Below are positions 29,149 through 39,900 of a DNA stretch of 64,000 nucleotides, piece by piece. Both the position numbers and the translations under genes were made by a program. Position 1 is the first letter of the stretch. Each line of letters begins with the position of its first letter. The notes under the pieces were generated by a model. It searched no databases and had not been told where the DNA came from. It saw only the letters and a program-made list of their open reading frames with translations. Source of the stretch: an uncultured Gammaproteobacteria bacterium (GTDB lineage Bacteria; Pseudomonadota; Gammaproteobacteria; CAYGNG01); NCBI GenBank assembly GCA_964351225.1, contig CAYGNG010000007.1, forward strand, positions 2,590 through 66,589. The letters are read 5' to 3'.

Positions 29149-29774
29149 TTGTACTCCGCTATTAAAGTCGCCAGCTCTTCGTGCAGTCTGCTGCGTATTT
29201 CATTTAGAGAGCCACTCGCGTCAATAACCCGATAAATCGTTGGAAATTGCGCTGCTCGTTGTAAATAACATTCTTTTGTTCGCTTAAAAAACTCCACTTG
29301 CTCTGACTCAATGCGATCTCGACTTATCCTCACCTGTAACCGAGATAAGGTCGTCTCAAGAGGGGCATCAAATAAGAATATTCTATCTGGGCGCAACGAA
29401 CCTTGCACCCACTCTTCTAATGTTTGAATTCTATCTTGTGAGATACCTCGCCCAGCTCCCTGGTACGCATAAGTGGCATCCGTAAATCTATCGCTTATCA
29501 CCCACGTGTTATTAGATAATGCTGGTTTAATTTTGGTGGCAATATGTTGCGCTCTCCCTGCAAACAGCAATAACAGCTCCGTATCCGAAGCCATCCGCTC
29601 TTGGTAGTGGCAAAGTAAAACTTGACGTATCGATTCGGATATTTCAGTACCCCCTGGCTCTCGGGTGGTAATATGATTAATTTTATGTTTAGTTAAAAAT
29701 TCCACCATGAACGGTAAACACGTTGTTTTTCCAACCCCTTCAATTCCCTCCAGCGTAATAAATTTTGCCACCAA
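29145..29774 (-). CDS. tmk: Thymidylate kinase
   Basis: EGIEGVGKTT, REPGGT, DRF...AYQG. Confidence 0.95.
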   Translation of the reverse strand: MVAKFITLEGIEGVGKTTCLPFMVEFLTKHKINHITTREPGGTEISESIRQVLLCHYQERMASDTELLLLFAGRAQHIATKIKPALSNNTWVISDRFTDATYAYQGAGRGISQDRIQTLEEWVQGSLRPDRIFLFDAPLETTLSRLQVRISRDRIESEQVEFFKRTKECYLQRAAQFPTIYRVIDASGSLNEIRSRLHEELATLIAEYK

Positions 29775-29791
29775 GAAAACTCCTCTATTTT

Positions 29792-30811
29792 TTATGTCTG
29801 ATTTTTAGGTGCGGTAATAAAGCGCTGCACAGCGTTATTATGCTGATCTAATGTTGAAGAAAATATATGACTTCCGTCTCCGCTGGCAACAAAGTAAAGA
29901 TAATCACTATCATCGGGGTGCAATGCAGCATGAATCGATTGATAGTCCGCTAAAGCGATTGGCGATGGTGGTAACCCATAGCGCTTATAGGTGTTATATG
30001 GGCTATCACTTAATAGATCTGATTTTTTGAGTTTCCCACTATACTTTTCGCCCAAACCGTAAATGACCGTTGGATCGATTTGCAATCGCATGCGCTTTTG
30101 CAGACGCCGCATAATAACACCAGAGACAATTGGTTTTTCAACGGTCAGGCTCGTTTCCTTCTCTATGAGCGAAGCCACAATCAACGCCTGATAGGGCGTT
30201 TGATAAGGCAGATTGTCTGCTCTTTCTTGCCACTCTTTTTGTAAAACATCTTCTAGTGAATGATGCGCCCATCGCAATAAGGCAATATCAGAATAACCTT
30301 TTATAAAATGATACGTTTCCGGATAAATCAATCCTTCAGGGTGTGGTTGCGAAAAACCAACCAACATTCGCACCTCTTCTAGCGACTTATTGTCAAGTTC
30401 GTGTTTAATAAATGGATTTTTCGAAATTTCTGCTAAGACTTGGTTAAAGGTCCAGCCCTCGATGAAGGTAATGCTATGATAAAGCACTCGACCAGCAACA
30501 ATCTGATCTAACAGATCTGGAATCGTCATATTCGCGACAATCCGATATTCACCAGCTTTTAAATAATCGGCTTGGCCATTCCATTTAGACCCTATTTCCA
30601 AATACCACCTATCTCGATAGTGCGACAATACGCCCATCCCCCATAGTTCATGGGCAATTACCTTGATGGTGGCTCCGGGGCGAACGGTATAATCGACAAA
30701 GTCACCATTGCGTATGGGCAAAGAGGAAAAATAAAATCGATAAAAATCGGCAAAACCAGCCATCAAGCCCAACACCAATAAAATGGTCGAAATTTTGAAA
30801 AAGTTCCTCAT
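29792..30811 (-). CDS. mltG: Endolytic transglycosylase MltG
   Basis: ASLIEKET, LQIDPTVIYG, YNTY...GLPP, YLYFVA. Confidence 0.93.
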   Translation of the reverse strand: MRNFFKISTILLVLGLMAGFADFYRFYFSSLPIRNGDFVDYTVRPGATIKVIAHELWGMGVLSHYRDRWYLEIGSKWNGQADYLKAGEYRIVANMTIPDLLDQIVAGRVLYHSITFIEGWTFNQVLAEISKNPFIKHELDNKSLEEVRMLVGFSQPHPEGLIYPETYHFIKGYSDIALLRWAHHSLEDVLQKEWQERADNLPYQTPYQALIVASLIEKETSLTVEKPIVSGVIMRRLQKRMRLQIDPTVIYGLGEKYSGKLKKSDLLSDSPYNTYKRYGLPPSPIALADYQSIHAALHPDDSDYLYFVASGDGSHIFSSTLDQHNNAVQRFITAPKNQT

Positions 30812-30846
30812 ATCGCGCTCTCAAAATTAATAGCATCTGTAGACCA

Positions 30847-31227
30847 TTATTTCGGTTGAAAACGAATCTCAGCTGGCATATTGTCACATGATTTACGAGC
30901 GGCAAGAATTCTCAACCACCGATTCCGCATCTGATACGCTTGCACTTCGATACGCTGCGACTCAGAAAAGTCCATAAAAAACCACGGCACAATAAAAAAA
31001 GCTCCAGCAACCCCTAAAGTGATATTGCGTAGATCTTTATTTTCGCCAGGGATCATGTTAAGAATTTCTGTTTGATTATCCAGGATTTCATGCAAAATTT
31101 GCGTGCACGTCAACTGCTCATCACCGACTTGATACTGTTCGATCGGATGCGCACTCCTCCCGGCACAAGCAACGCAACTACTTATAATCATCAAACTGAT
31201 TAAGACCAATTTTCTAACGCTATTCAT
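30847..31227 (-). CDS. Putative lipoprotein (126 aa)
   Basis: ATG 31227 overlaps the fabF stop. Lipobox-like VAC, LTC...SC cysteine pair and an internal hydrophobic segment. Confidence 0.7.
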   Translation of the reverse strand: MNSVRKLVLISLMIISSCVACAGRSAHPIEQYQVGDEQLTCTQILHEILDNQTEILNMIPGENKDLRNITLGVAGAFFIVPWFFMDFSESQRIEVQAYQMRNRWLRILAARKSCDNMPAEIRFQPK

Positions 31228-32461
31228 ATTGTTTGAAAACCAATGACGCGTTTGTTCCACCAAAGCCAAACGAATTTGATAAGGCCACTTTTATTTTTCG
31301 TGATTGCGCCACGTGCGGTACAAAGTTTAAATCGCAGTTTGCTGTTGGGTTATCTAGATTTATTGTTGGTGGCGCCACTTGATCGCGAATGGCTAATACC
31401 GAAAAAATGGCCTCAACTGCCCCAGCGGCTCCTAATAAGTGCCCCGTCATAGACTTAGTCGAGCTGACAGCAAGGGCATAAGCGTGTTCACCAAAAACGG
31501 TTTTTATTGCCAATACTTCCAATTCATCTCCCGCTAAGGTCGAAGTGGCATGCGCATTAATGTAATCAACTTCTTCGGGTTGCAGTTTCGCATCTGTAAT
31601 GGCGTTGCGCATAGCATTGGCTGCACCGGTTCCCGTTTGATCCGGTAAAGTAATATGAAATGCATCTGCACTTTGGCCAAATCCAAGCAATTCTGCGTAG
31701 ATTTTGGCACCGCGCTTTTTAGCAAATTCATACTCCTCTAATACCAGAACCCCTGCGCCATCACCCAAGACAAATCCATCGCGATCGCTATCCCAGGGTC
31801 TGCTGGCTTTGGTCGGTTCATCGTTTCTTTTGGAAAGTGCTCGTAATGCCGAAAACCCAGCAACACCAAGCGCAGAAGAAGCTTTTTCCGCACCACCAGC
31901 AAGCATAATATCGGCATCACCATAAGCCACAGCGCGAGCAGCGTAACCGATATTATGGGCCCCTGTCGTACACGCACTGACAACCGAAATGTTTGGTCCT
32001 TTTAAACCATAGCGCATCGATACTCGCCCTGGGAGCATGTTAATAATGATTGAAGGAATGAAGAAAGGAGACAGCTTTTTAGGTCCTTGCTCTAACAAAA
32101 CCGTATACGCTTTTTCAATTCCAAGCAAACCACCAATACCAGAACCAATGGCCACACCGGCTCGTGAACCACGCTCTGCATCGATCGTTAAATTGGCGTC
32201 AGTCATTGCCTCAATAGCAGCGGCCATCCCAAATTGAATAAAAGGATCTATTTTACGCAACTCTTTCGCATCAAAATATTGGATCGGATCAAAGTTTTTA
32301 ACTCGCGCTGAAATCTTTGTGCCTAACTCACTTACGTTGAAATCTTGGATCACGCCAACGCCACTTTTGCCTTGCTTAACATTTCCCCAAGTATCAGAAA
32401 CATTCAAACCAAGCGGAGAGATAATTCCCATGCCTGTTACCACAACTCGACGACCCTGCAT
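31220..32461 (-). CDS. fabF: Beta-ketoacyl-ACP synthase II
   Basis: SACTTG, NAHATST, TGHLLG, NSFGFGG. Confidence 0.96.
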   Translation of the reverse strand: MQGRRVVVTGMGIISPLGLNVSDTWGNVKQGKSGVGVIQDFNVSELGTKISARVKNFDPIQYFDAKELRKIDPFIQFGMAAAIEAMTDANLTIDAERGSRAGVAIGSGIGGLLGIEKAYTVLLEQGPKKLSPFFIPSIIINMLPGRVSMRYGLKGPNISVVSACTTGAHNIGYAARAVAYGDADIMLAGGAEKASSALGVAGFSALRALSKRNDEPTKASRPWDSDRDGFVLGDGAGVLVLEEYEFAKKRGAKIYAELLGFGQSADAFHITLPDQTGTGAANAMRNAITDAKLQPEEVDYINAHATSTLAGDELEVLAIKTVFGEHAYALAVSSTKSMTGHLLGAAGAVEAIFSVLAIRDQVAPPTINLDNPTANCDLNFVPHVAQSRKIKVALSNSFGFGGTNASLVFKQYE

Positions 32462-32492
32462 CGATTACTCCTAATCACGCGTTACTTGGCGA

Positions 32493-32747
32493 TCACTCAC
32501 CCGATTGATCTTTTTTCATTCTTTTTTCGATATAGTCAATGGCCTGTTGGATAGTGGTGATTGATTCCGTTTCTTCATCTGGAATATCCGTTTCAAATTC
32601 TTCCTCTAGCGCCATAACCAATTCCACCGTATCCAAAGAGTCTGCGCCCAAATCATCTACAAATGAAGATTCATTGCTAACTTCGTCTTCTTTAACACCA
32701 AGTTGTTCAATAACGATTTTTTTAACTCTTTCTTCAACGCTGCTCAT
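32493..32747 (-). CDS. acpP: Acyl carrier protein
   Basis: [20 protein letters not shown]. Confidence 0.97.
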   Translation of the reverse strand: MSSVEERVKKIVIEQLGVKEDEVSNESSFVDDLGADSLDTVELVMALEEEFETDIPDEETESITTIQQAIDYIEKRMKKDQSGE

Positions 32748-32819
32748 AATTTAGAGATCCTTAAATTTATAGTTAACATTAAGCTTGAATAATCCACGAT
32801 TATAAATTGTGAGGCATAC

Positions 32820-33575
32820 TTAATCCATAAACATTCCACCATTAATGTGAATTGTTTGCCCAGTAATATAGCTAGCAAAATCCGATACTAAGAAAGTAAC
32901 CAAGTCTGCAACCTCTTTTGGCGTCCCCAGACGTTGCAGAGGAATTTTTTGTAGTAATATTTTTGCCTGGTCTTCCGCTAATGCTTTGGTCATGTCGGTT
33001 TCAAAATATCCAGGTGCCACTACATTAACGGTAATTTTCCGACTACCAACCTCCGCGGCTAAGCTCCGAGAAAAACCAGCTAACCCGGCTTTTGCAGCGG
33101 CATAATTGCATTGCCCAGGATTACCAAAACTCCCGACCACTGAACCAATATTAATAATTCTGCCCCAGTGGGCTTTTATCATAGCCCTTAAACATCTTTT
33201 TGAAACACGAAAAATACCAGATAAATTCGTGGCAAGCACGTCATCCCACTCCGCGTCCTTCATCCTTAACAATAAATTGTCACGGGTAATGCCGGCATTA
33301 TTCACAAGAATAGCTGGCATTCCTGGGTTTGAGTTGATTGCATCAAATGCGGCAGATATGGATTGAGGATCGGCCACATTCATCATGATCCCAATCCCAT
33401 GCCAACCATGGGATTGGATCAATTGATTGATTTTATCAACGCCCGCTTCCGACGTCGCTGTGCCAATTACGACAGCGCCGGCTTCTGCCAGTGCCATCAA
33501 AATCGCTTCGCCTAAACCTCGAGTCGCCCCAGTGACTAATGCAATTTTATTATGTAATTTTACGTGCAAACTCAT
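32820..33575 (-). CDS. fabG: 3-oxoacyl-ACP reductase
   Basis: TGATRGLG, NNAGITRDNLL, YAAAK, NGGM. Confidence 0.96.
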   Translation of the reverse strand: MSLHVKLHNKIALVTGATRGLGEAILMALAEAGAVVIGTATSEAGVDKINQLIQSHGWHGIGIMMNVADPQSISAAFDAINSNPGMPAILVNNAGITRDNLLLRMKDAEWDDVLATNLSGIFRVSKRCLRAMIKAHWGRIINIGSVVGSFGNPGQCNYAAAKAGLAGFSRSLAAEVGSRKITVNVVAPGYFETDMTKALAEDQAKILLQKIPLQRLGTPKEVADLVTFLVSDFASYITGQTIHINGGMFMD

Positions 33576-34543
33576 TAACCCTCATCTCCCACTGCTCGAT
33601 TCGCGGTAATGGCATGAATACTCTGGTGCATGCCCGTCGTTGTATCAATGTTAAAAGTAACCACTGTCTTGGCTATTCGCTTATTTAAACCCGCTAAAAC
33701 TTGATTAGGACCACATTCAACGAATTGAACAATCCCTTGTGTGTGCGCAGCGGTGACACAGCTGGTCCAGCGCACTGGGCAATATAATTGCCGAATCAGT
33801 GCCTTTCTAATTGCTTGTGGCGCCGTTTCAATCGATACATCCACATTGTTAATCACCGGAACTTGTGGCACTGATAGTAAAATGCCTTCTAGTGTCTGTG
33901 CAAATTCCTTTGCTGCTGCTGCCATGAGTGAACTATGTGAAGGAACACTGACCGGCAATAATTTTGCAATTTTGGCACCCTGTGCTTTCGCTAAACGGAT
34001 GGCTCTTGCGATAGCGGGTGATTTTCCAGCAATCACAACTTGCAATGGGGCATTATAATTAGCCGGCATCACAACCTCATTTTCAGTTGACGATTGCTTA
34101 CAAATTAACTCAACAACCGCATCCTCTAATCCGATAATAGCAGCCATCGCGCCTTCCCCCATTGGAACGGCCTGCTGCATCAACTCCCCTCGTTTCGCGA
34201 CAATCGCTACGGCATCGACAAAAGACATGGCTTTGGCACACACTAAAGCAGAATACTCCCCTAAACTATGCCCTGCCATGTGAGTAGGCATCGTGTTTGT
34301 CAAGCTCATCCAAACCCGCCACAAAGCAACACTCGCTGTTAAAATTGCTGGCTGGGTATACTGCGTCATATTCAACTGGTTTTCTGGCCCATCTTGAACT
34401 AACCGCCATAAATCGTATTGCAACACGTGAGAGGCTTCGTCAAAAGTGCTTTTAATCTGTGGATATGACTGAGCAATGTCATGCAACATCCCCAACGACT
34501 GCGAACCTTGCCCTGGAAAGATAAACGCCAACTTCACACTCAT
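33575..34543 (-). CDS. fabD: Malonyl-CoA:ACP transacylase
   Basis: FPGQGSQ, GHSLGEY, VSVPSH. Confidence 0.96.
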   Translation of the reverse strand: MSVKLAFIFPGQGSQSLGMLHDIAQSYPQIKSTFDEASHVLQYDLWRLVQDGPENQLNMTQYTQPAILTASVALWRVWMSLTNTMPTHMAGHSLGEYSALVCAKAMSFVDAVAIVAKRGELMQQAVPMGEGAMAAIIGLEDAVVELICKQSSTENEVVMPANYNAPLQVVIAGKSPAIARAIRLAKAQGAKIAKLLPVSVPSHSSLMAAAAKEFAQTLEGILLSVPQVPVINNVDVSIETAPQAIRKALIRQLYCPVRWTSCVTAAHTQGIVQFVECGPNQVLAGLNKRIAKTVVTFNIDTTTGMHQSIHAITANRAVGDEG

Positions 34544-34553
34544 ACACTTCCCA

Positions 34554-35507
34554 TCAATAAACGATTACCGCAGCGCCCCAAACCAATCCACCACCAAATG
34601 CCTCCAGCAACATGCGCTCGCCCTTTTTGATAGTACCTTGCCTTAACGCTTCGTCTAGTGCAAGTGGTATCGAAGCGGCAGAAGTATTACCGTGCTTTTC
34701 AATCGTCAAAATAACTCTATCCATGCTCAAGTGTAATCGTTTTGCGACAGATTGAATAATTCGTATGTTTGCTTGATGCGGAACCAGCCAATCAATATCC
34801 CCATGTGATAATTCATTCGCTTCCAGCGCTTCGGTAACCGAGTCTTGCAAATGCGTTACCGCATATTTAAAAACATCGTTACCTTTCATTTGAATAGAGG
34901 TAAGTCCTTTGGCTTTAAAATGAGGAAAAGGTAAATTAAGAATGTGTTGCAAATTACCGTCGGCGTGCAAATGTACCGATTCAATGCCTGGTGCTTTAGC
35001 GGCAGACAGTATCATCGCACCAGCGCCATCACCAAACAAAACGCACGTTGTTCGGTCATGCCAATCAACCACTCGAGATAAGCAGTCTGCACCCACAATC
35101 AGCACATGGTGAACAGCGCCATTTCGAATAAACTGATCAGCAATCCCTAAGGCATACACAAAGCCTGCACAAGCGACTGTAATATCGAATGCAATACAAT
35201 CGCCAACCGCTAAAGCCGCCTGAATACTGCAAGCGGTATTGGGAATTAAGTTATCTGGTGTTGTCGTAGCAACAATTATCATATCGAGGTCTGAGGCTGT
35301 CAGCTGGGCCATGGCTAATGCCTCCTTGGCCGCGCCAACAGAAAGAGAAACCAATGTTTCATCCTGTGAAATCACATGCCGTTGTTTTATACCCGTGCGA
35401 GAGTATATCCACTCGTCTGTTGTATCAACCAACTGGGCCAAATCCTGGTTTGTTAAAATTTTTTTTGGTAAAGCCGTGCCCGTCCCTGAAATCATGGCAT
35501 ATGTCAT
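34554..35507 (-). CDS. fabH: Beta-ketoacyl-ACP synthase III
   Basis: ACAGF, FGDGAGA, HQAN, GNTSAAS. Confidence 0.96.
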   Translation of the reverse strand: MTYAMISGTGTALPKKILTNQDLAQLVDTTDEWIYSRTGIKQRHVISQDETLVSLSVGAAKEALAMAQLTASDLDMIIVATTTPDNLIPNTACSIQAALAVGDCIAFDITVACAGFVYALGIADQFIRNGAVHHVLIVGADCLSRVVDWHDRTTCVLFGDGAGAMILSAAKAPGIESVHLHADGNLQHILNLPFPHFKAKGLTSIQMKGNDVFKYAVTHLQDSVTEALEANELSHGDIDWLVPHQANIRIIQSVAKRLHLSMDRVILTIEKHGNTSAASIPLALDEALRQGTIKKGERMLLEAFGGGLVWGAAVIVY

Positions 35508-36529
35508 AAGGTCGGCCTATTCAAAAGGATTTGCACTTTTTCATCTATTTGCGCGGTCAAATCTTTCTGAACATACGCATAGGCATTTATCACCGCATTC
35601 GCCACAGCCAAAACATTAGCACCACCGTGACTTTTCACAACGATCCCTTGCAACCCCAACAAACAAGCCCCATTGTAACGCGACGGATCTAACCGCTTGC
35701 GCAGTCGATTTAATACCTGTCTACTCAATAGCCAAGCAAACTGGGAGTACATGTCGCGCTTAAATTCTTCACGAATAAATTTGCGAAATAAATTGATAAC
35801 CCCTTCGCTGGCTTTCAACATCACATTTCCAACGAAACCATCGCAGACAACCACATCACATGCCCCCTGATAAACATCATGGCCTTCTACAAATCCAATA
35901 TAGTTCAATCTGGGCTCTTGCTCTAACATTTCCGCGGTTTGTTTTACCACTCGATTCCCTTTTATTTCTTCTGCACCAACATTCAGCAATCCAACACTGG
36001 GTCGCGGAATGCCCATTTCTAAACTGGCAATGACGCTACCCATAATTGCAAATTGAAACAAATGTTCTGGGGTACAATCGACATTAGCTCCCAGGTCTAA
36101 AAAGCGTATAAACGCTTTACTGTGGCTCGTTGGTAATATTGCAGAGATAGCCGGCCTATCGATGCCTGGTATCATTTTTAACACAAATCGGGCCGTTGCC
36201 ATCAGCGCACCGGTATTTCCCGCGCTCACGCAAGCACAGGCAGCTCCCGTTTTGACTAAGTCAATGGCAAGACGCATGGAGGAGTTTTTTTTATTACGTA
36301 AGGCACTAGCCGGCGATTCATTCATGGCAACCACTTCTTCAGCGTGCACAATTTGTATCCGACCGGAATATTTTCTCGCTTTTCGCCCAAGGGCTTTTTT
36401 GACGAGATTTTCTTGGCCAACCAAGAGAATGTTTAATTGCGAATGAGCCGTCATCGCTCGGAGGGCGCCCGGAACAATCACATCCGGGCCACGATCCCCA
36501 CCCATGGCATCAACAACAATTGAAACCAT
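35504..36529 (-). CDS. plsX: Phosphate acyltransferase PlsX
   Basis: DAMGGD, SAGNTGA, DLGAN, DGFVGN, KSHG. Confidence 0.96.
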   Translation of the reverse strand: MVSIVVDAMGGDRGPDVIVPGALRAMTAHSQLNILLVGQENLVKKALGRKARKYSGRIQIVHAEEVVAMNESPASALRNKKNSSMRLAIDLVKTGAACACVSAGNTGALMATARFVLKMIPGIDRPAISAILPTSHSKAFIRFLDLGANVDCTPEHLFQFAIMGSVIASLEMGIPRPSVGLLNVGAEEIKGNRVVKQTAEMLEQEPRLNYIGFVEGHDVYQGACDVVVCDGFVGNVMLKASEGVINLFRKFIREEFKRDMYSQFAWLLSRQVLNRLRKRLDPSRYNGACLLGLQGIVVKSHGGANVLAVANAVINAYAYVQKDLTAQIDEKVQILLNRPTL

Positions 36530-36541
36530 GATTATTGCTCA

Positions 36542-36742
36542 CTATTCTTGGTCTTCTTCGTTGGCATTCAGATTTTTTTGTATGACTTGACGACCTTGGT
36601 AATAACCCAAAGGGCTCACATGGTGTCTGAGGTGCTTTTCGCCGGTCATACTGTCTTCTGCTAATGCACTGCTGGTTAGTGAATCATGAGCGCGACGCAT
36701 TCCTCTTTTTGAACGCGACTTCTTACTCTTTTGAACTGCCAT
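36542..36742 (-). CDS. rpmF: 50S ribosomal protein L32
   Basis: [20 protein letters not shown]...HLRHH; ATG 36742 after AGGAG. Confidence 0.95.
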   Translation of the reverse strand: MAVQKSKKSRSKRGMRRAHDSLTSSALAEDSMTGEKHLRHHVSPLGYYQGRQVIQKNLNANEEDQE

Positions 36743-36755
36743 AACAATGAGCTCC

Positions 36756-37199
36756 TTACTCCGAATCGATAATACAACATTCTGATTTTTCATGTTTTGC
36801 AACGATAGGTACACACAATAATAACTCATCTTCAACAAGGGTAAAAAGAGATAACATCCCTTTTTCCATTTGAATTCCCTCATACCGCTCTGGCAATTTT
36901 TCACATTGCGCATCGGATTCAACGGGACTCAAACAAAAGGTATGACAAACCTCATAACGCATCGGTTGCATGCACCGCTGGCACGTTAAATTGAGATTAG
37001 CCGTTAACCGCCCTTGAATAAACGGGATAAACCTATCGTCTACCGCCAATGATAAATCAACTTCGACCGCCCCATCACCCTCAATGCTCATCCCCACAAT
37101 TCGCGGCAAATCATTAAGTGACACGATCCCTGTGATATGAGTCTGCTTTTTCGCTAAACGGATGGGATCTATCAATTTTGGTAACGGTTGCATAGTCAT
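36756..37199 (-). CDS. yceD: YceD/DUF177 family protein
   Basis: LPKLIDP, CQRCM, VEDELLL; directly upstream of rpmF. Confidence 0.9.
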   Translation of the reverse strand: MTMQPLPKLIDPIRLAKKQTHITGIVSLNDLPRIVGMSIEGDGAVEVDLSLAVDDRFIPFIQGRLTANLNLTCQRCMQPMRYEVCHTFCLSPVESDAQCEKLPERYEGIQMEKGMLSLFTLVEDELLLCVPIVAKHEKSECCIIDSE

Positions 37200-37208
37200 A
37201 AGTGCGCA

Positions 37209-37237
37209 ATAATAGCGCTATAAAATACCGGTGTCAA
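37209..37237 (-). promoter_or_regulatory. Sigma-70 promoter of yceD-rpmF-plsX-fab
   Basis: Minus strand TTGACA-17 nt-TATTAT, GC-rich discriminator TGCGCAC; the ATG is 9 nt downstream of the -10. Confidence 0.7.
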
Positions 37238-37461
37238 AGATATAAACGCCCTATTTGCTTAATTTACGCATTTTCCGCTATTTCATTGAAACCAATATTG
37301 TCTTAGTCTGCTAAAAGTAGTACAGTCCGTAATCAATTAACCAATACTTATTGTTGGCGTTGTTTTTTATTCACTATTTTTCATGGATTGAGAGATTGTT
37401 TAATATTGATGTTTTGTGTTTAGAAGCAACACAACAAAAATAACACGAAGGTGATTATAAA

Positions 37462-38790
37462 ATGCCAGCAATTGAGCAATCCGCCCCACCACCGATTACT
37501 TCGGCGACTCGGCCATGGATGATTTGGGGGCTTGTCGTCCTTTTTTATTTTTACGATAACATGCTTCAAGTTTCTCCCGGCGTCATGACGAATGAACTCA
37601 TGCGCGATCTGCATGTCGACGGTTTTGCGCTTGGCAATTTAGCCGCCTTTTTCTTTTACGCGTATGCGCCCACCCAAATTCCCGTAGGCATGCTCCTCGA
37701 TAGATACGGTCCACGCTTGCTCGTAACGTTAGCAACCTTAACGTGCGTCATCGGTGCCTATGTTTTTTCATCGGCAGGCAGTGTATACACCGCGCAAATT
37801 GGCCGCTTACTTATTGGTTTTGGTTCGGCTTTTGCTGCGGTCAGCTGTATGAAACTCGCGGCGACCTGGTTTCCCCTCGAACGCTTTTCTTTCTTAACCG
37901 GTCTTATGGTAACCGCCGGCTTAACCGGTAGCATCGTCGGCGAAAAACCGTTGGCCTTACTGGTTCAGAGTCATGGTTGGCGGTTTACTATTTTTTGTTT
38001 TGTGATTTCTGGCATCGTTATCGCGCTCCTCGTTTGGTGCTTGGTACGAGATGCACCAAAGCATATGGCAAAACCGGCAGATATTGAGGAATACTCTACC
38101 GCAAAACACATGATCCGCGGGCTTAAGCTTGTCGTCAAACAACCGCAGAGTTGGATTGTTGCCATTTATGGTGGTTTGATGTTTGCTCCAACTTCTATTT
38201 TTGGCGCATTATGGGGTGTTCCTTTTCTTATGCAAACCCATCACATCTCTGCCCCCGATGCCGCCGGGATTAATATCATGCTTTATGCTGGTTGGGCGGT
38301 TGGTAGCCCACTATCCGGGATTGTTTCTGATCGCTTGAAAAAAAGAAAACCAACGCTATACTTTGCTTCATTGGGTTCATTGGTAGCCATTACTCTGGTT
38401 ATTTACATACCAACGCTTTCAATGAGCACCATTTCGGTGTTGCTTTTTTTATTTGGTTTCTTTTCAAGTGGTTTTTTGCCTTCATTTTCAATTATGCGAG
38501 AGATCAGCATTACCTCTGTTACCGCCACAGCGCTGGGCTTTATGAACATGTTCAATATGATAGGTGGCGCATTAGGACAACCACTAGTAGGTAAATTGCT
38601 TGACCGCGGATGGGATGGTAGTATGATTGACGGAGCTAGGATATATTCTGTCAGTAACTTCCATAGTGCGATGGCAATATTACCTGTAATGATAGCTGTT
38701 TCGTTGTTCATGTTACCTTTGGTCAAAGAAACAAACTGTCGCTCCATTGAAGATGAACAATGGTATGCTGGTGCTCATTCACTAAAATAA
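37462..38790 (+). CDS. MFS transporter resembling the Legionella/Coxiella Pht family
   Basis: FYFYDNMLQVSP, QIPVGMLLDRYGPR, GRLLIGFGSAF, LWGVPFL; multiple TM segments. Confidence 0.85.
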   Translation: MPAIEQSAPPPITSATRPWMIWGLVVLFYFYDNMLQVSPGVMTNELMRDLHVDGFALGNLAAFFFYAYAPTQIPVGMLLDRYGPRLLVTLATLTCVIGAYVFSSAGSVYTAQIGRLLIGFGSAFAAVSCMKLAATWFPLERFSFLTGLMVTAGLTGSIVGEKPLALLVQSHGWRFTIFCFVISGIVIALLVWCLVRDAPKHMAKPADIEEYSTAKHMIRGLKLVVKQPQSWIVAIYGGLMFAPTSIFGALWGVPFLMQTHHISAPDAAGINIMLYAGWAVGSPLSGIVSDRLKKRKPTLYFASLGSLVAITLVIYIPTLSMSTISVLLFLFGFFSSGFLPSFSIMREISITSVTATALGFMNMFNMIGGALGQPLVGKLLDRGWDGSMIDGARIYSVSNFHSAMAILPVMIAVSLFMLPLVKETNCRSIEDEQWYAGAHSLK

Positions 38791-38852
38791 CCTAGATTAT
38801 TTCTTTGTGATTAGTGACGAGTGTTTTTAAACTTAGGAGGAGTTATAAGGAA

Positions 38853-39155
38853 ATGGAGAACTTTACAAAAGTCCCAACTCAGGAACCACAACAAACTTCA
38901 AATGTTGCTTTGCACGATGCGGTAGCGAACACCGTGCGGCACTATTTGAACTCTCCAACCGAAACGAAAGATCCGCTTTATGATCTCATCATAAAACAAG
39001 CGGAAAAACCCGTTATTGAAGCAGTGCTTCGTGAAACCCGCGGCAATCAATCTAAAGCGGCTATTATGCTTGGGTTATCGCGTGGGACACTTCGCAAGAA
39101 GATTCGCGAACACGGCATCTCTACCAGTCTCACCGAGAACGCTGGCGAAAGTTAA
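38853..39155 (+). CDS. fis: Fis-family nucleoid/transcription regulator
   Basis: LYDLII...EKP...TRGNQSKAAIMLGLSRGTLRKK; ATG 38853. Confidence 0.88.
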   Translation: MENFTKVPTQEPQQTSNVALHDAVANTVRHYLNSPTETKDPLYDLIIKQAEKPVIEAVLRETRGNQSKAAIMLGLSRGTLRKKIREHGISTSLTENAGES

Positions 39156-39166
39156 TTGTGTTTTCG

Positions 39167-39213
39167 ACACGGCCGCAAGATTTGATCATCCGCATCAAAT
39201 TTCGCGGCGGTGT
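39167..39213. terminator. Imperfect hairpin between convergent fis and HAD genes
   Basis: ACACGGCCGCAAGATTTGAT...ATCAAATTTCGCGGCGGTGT. Confidence 0.5.
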
Positions 39214-39225
39214 TTCATCATTGCA

Positions 39226-39900
39226 TCAATAAGCAGCATACGCCGACTGATGATTCTGTGAAAGAAATAATGGTAACTCGCGAACATCGTCAATAATCGC
39301 TAATGGCAAACAGCCTTCCAGTTGAGAAAGCGAGTGCGCGCCATAGCTTACGCCTACCGATGGCATGCCACAATTTTGTGCCATTTGCAAATCGAAAACG
39401 GTATCCCCCACCATCAAGCACTGATCCGGCTGTAAATGGGTTTCGATCATGATTTCATGAAGCATTTTAGGATCGGGCTTGCTGGCTGTCTCTTCTGCGG
39501 TTCGCGTTATAATAAAAAAATCATTCAAGTTGGCATGCGCTAAATCAGCATTCAAGCACAATCGATTCTTTCCAGTGGCTACCGCCAAGCGATAACCCCT
39601 ATCCAACAAACAGCATAATGTATTTCTGACCCCAGGGTACAATTCAACCGCTTGGTTCTGTTGTAGATAATACTGCTGGCGATAACACTCAAGGAATGCT
39701 TGCTGGCGCGGTAATGTTTCATTGGGATATAAACGCTTAGCAACATCAAGCCCACCCAAGCCTATCAACGGAAAAACGTGTTCTTGCGTAATCGCCGGCA
39801 GAGAAAAAGCTTGCGCGGCTTGATTTAAACACTGGAAAATAAAGTTTAATGAATTGGATAAGGTGCCATCCCAATCGAAAATGATTAATTTTATTTTCAT
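39226..39900 (-). CDS. HAD-IA hydrolase (phosphoglycolate phosphatase-like)
   Basis: FDWDGTL, ATGK, SKPDP, VGDTVFD; ATGA overlap with rluC. Confidence 0.9.
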   Translation of the reverse strand: MKIKLIIFDWDGTLSNSLNFIFQCLNQAAQAFSLPAITQEHVFPLIGLGGLDVAKRLYPNETLPRQQAFLECYRQQYYLQQNQAVELYPGVRNTLCCLLDRGYRLAVATGKNRLCLNADLAHANLNDFFIITRTAEETASKPDPKMLHEIMIETHLQPDQCLMVGDTVFDLQMAQNCGMPSVGVSYGAHSLSQLEGCLPLAIIDDVRELPLFLSQNHQSAYAAY

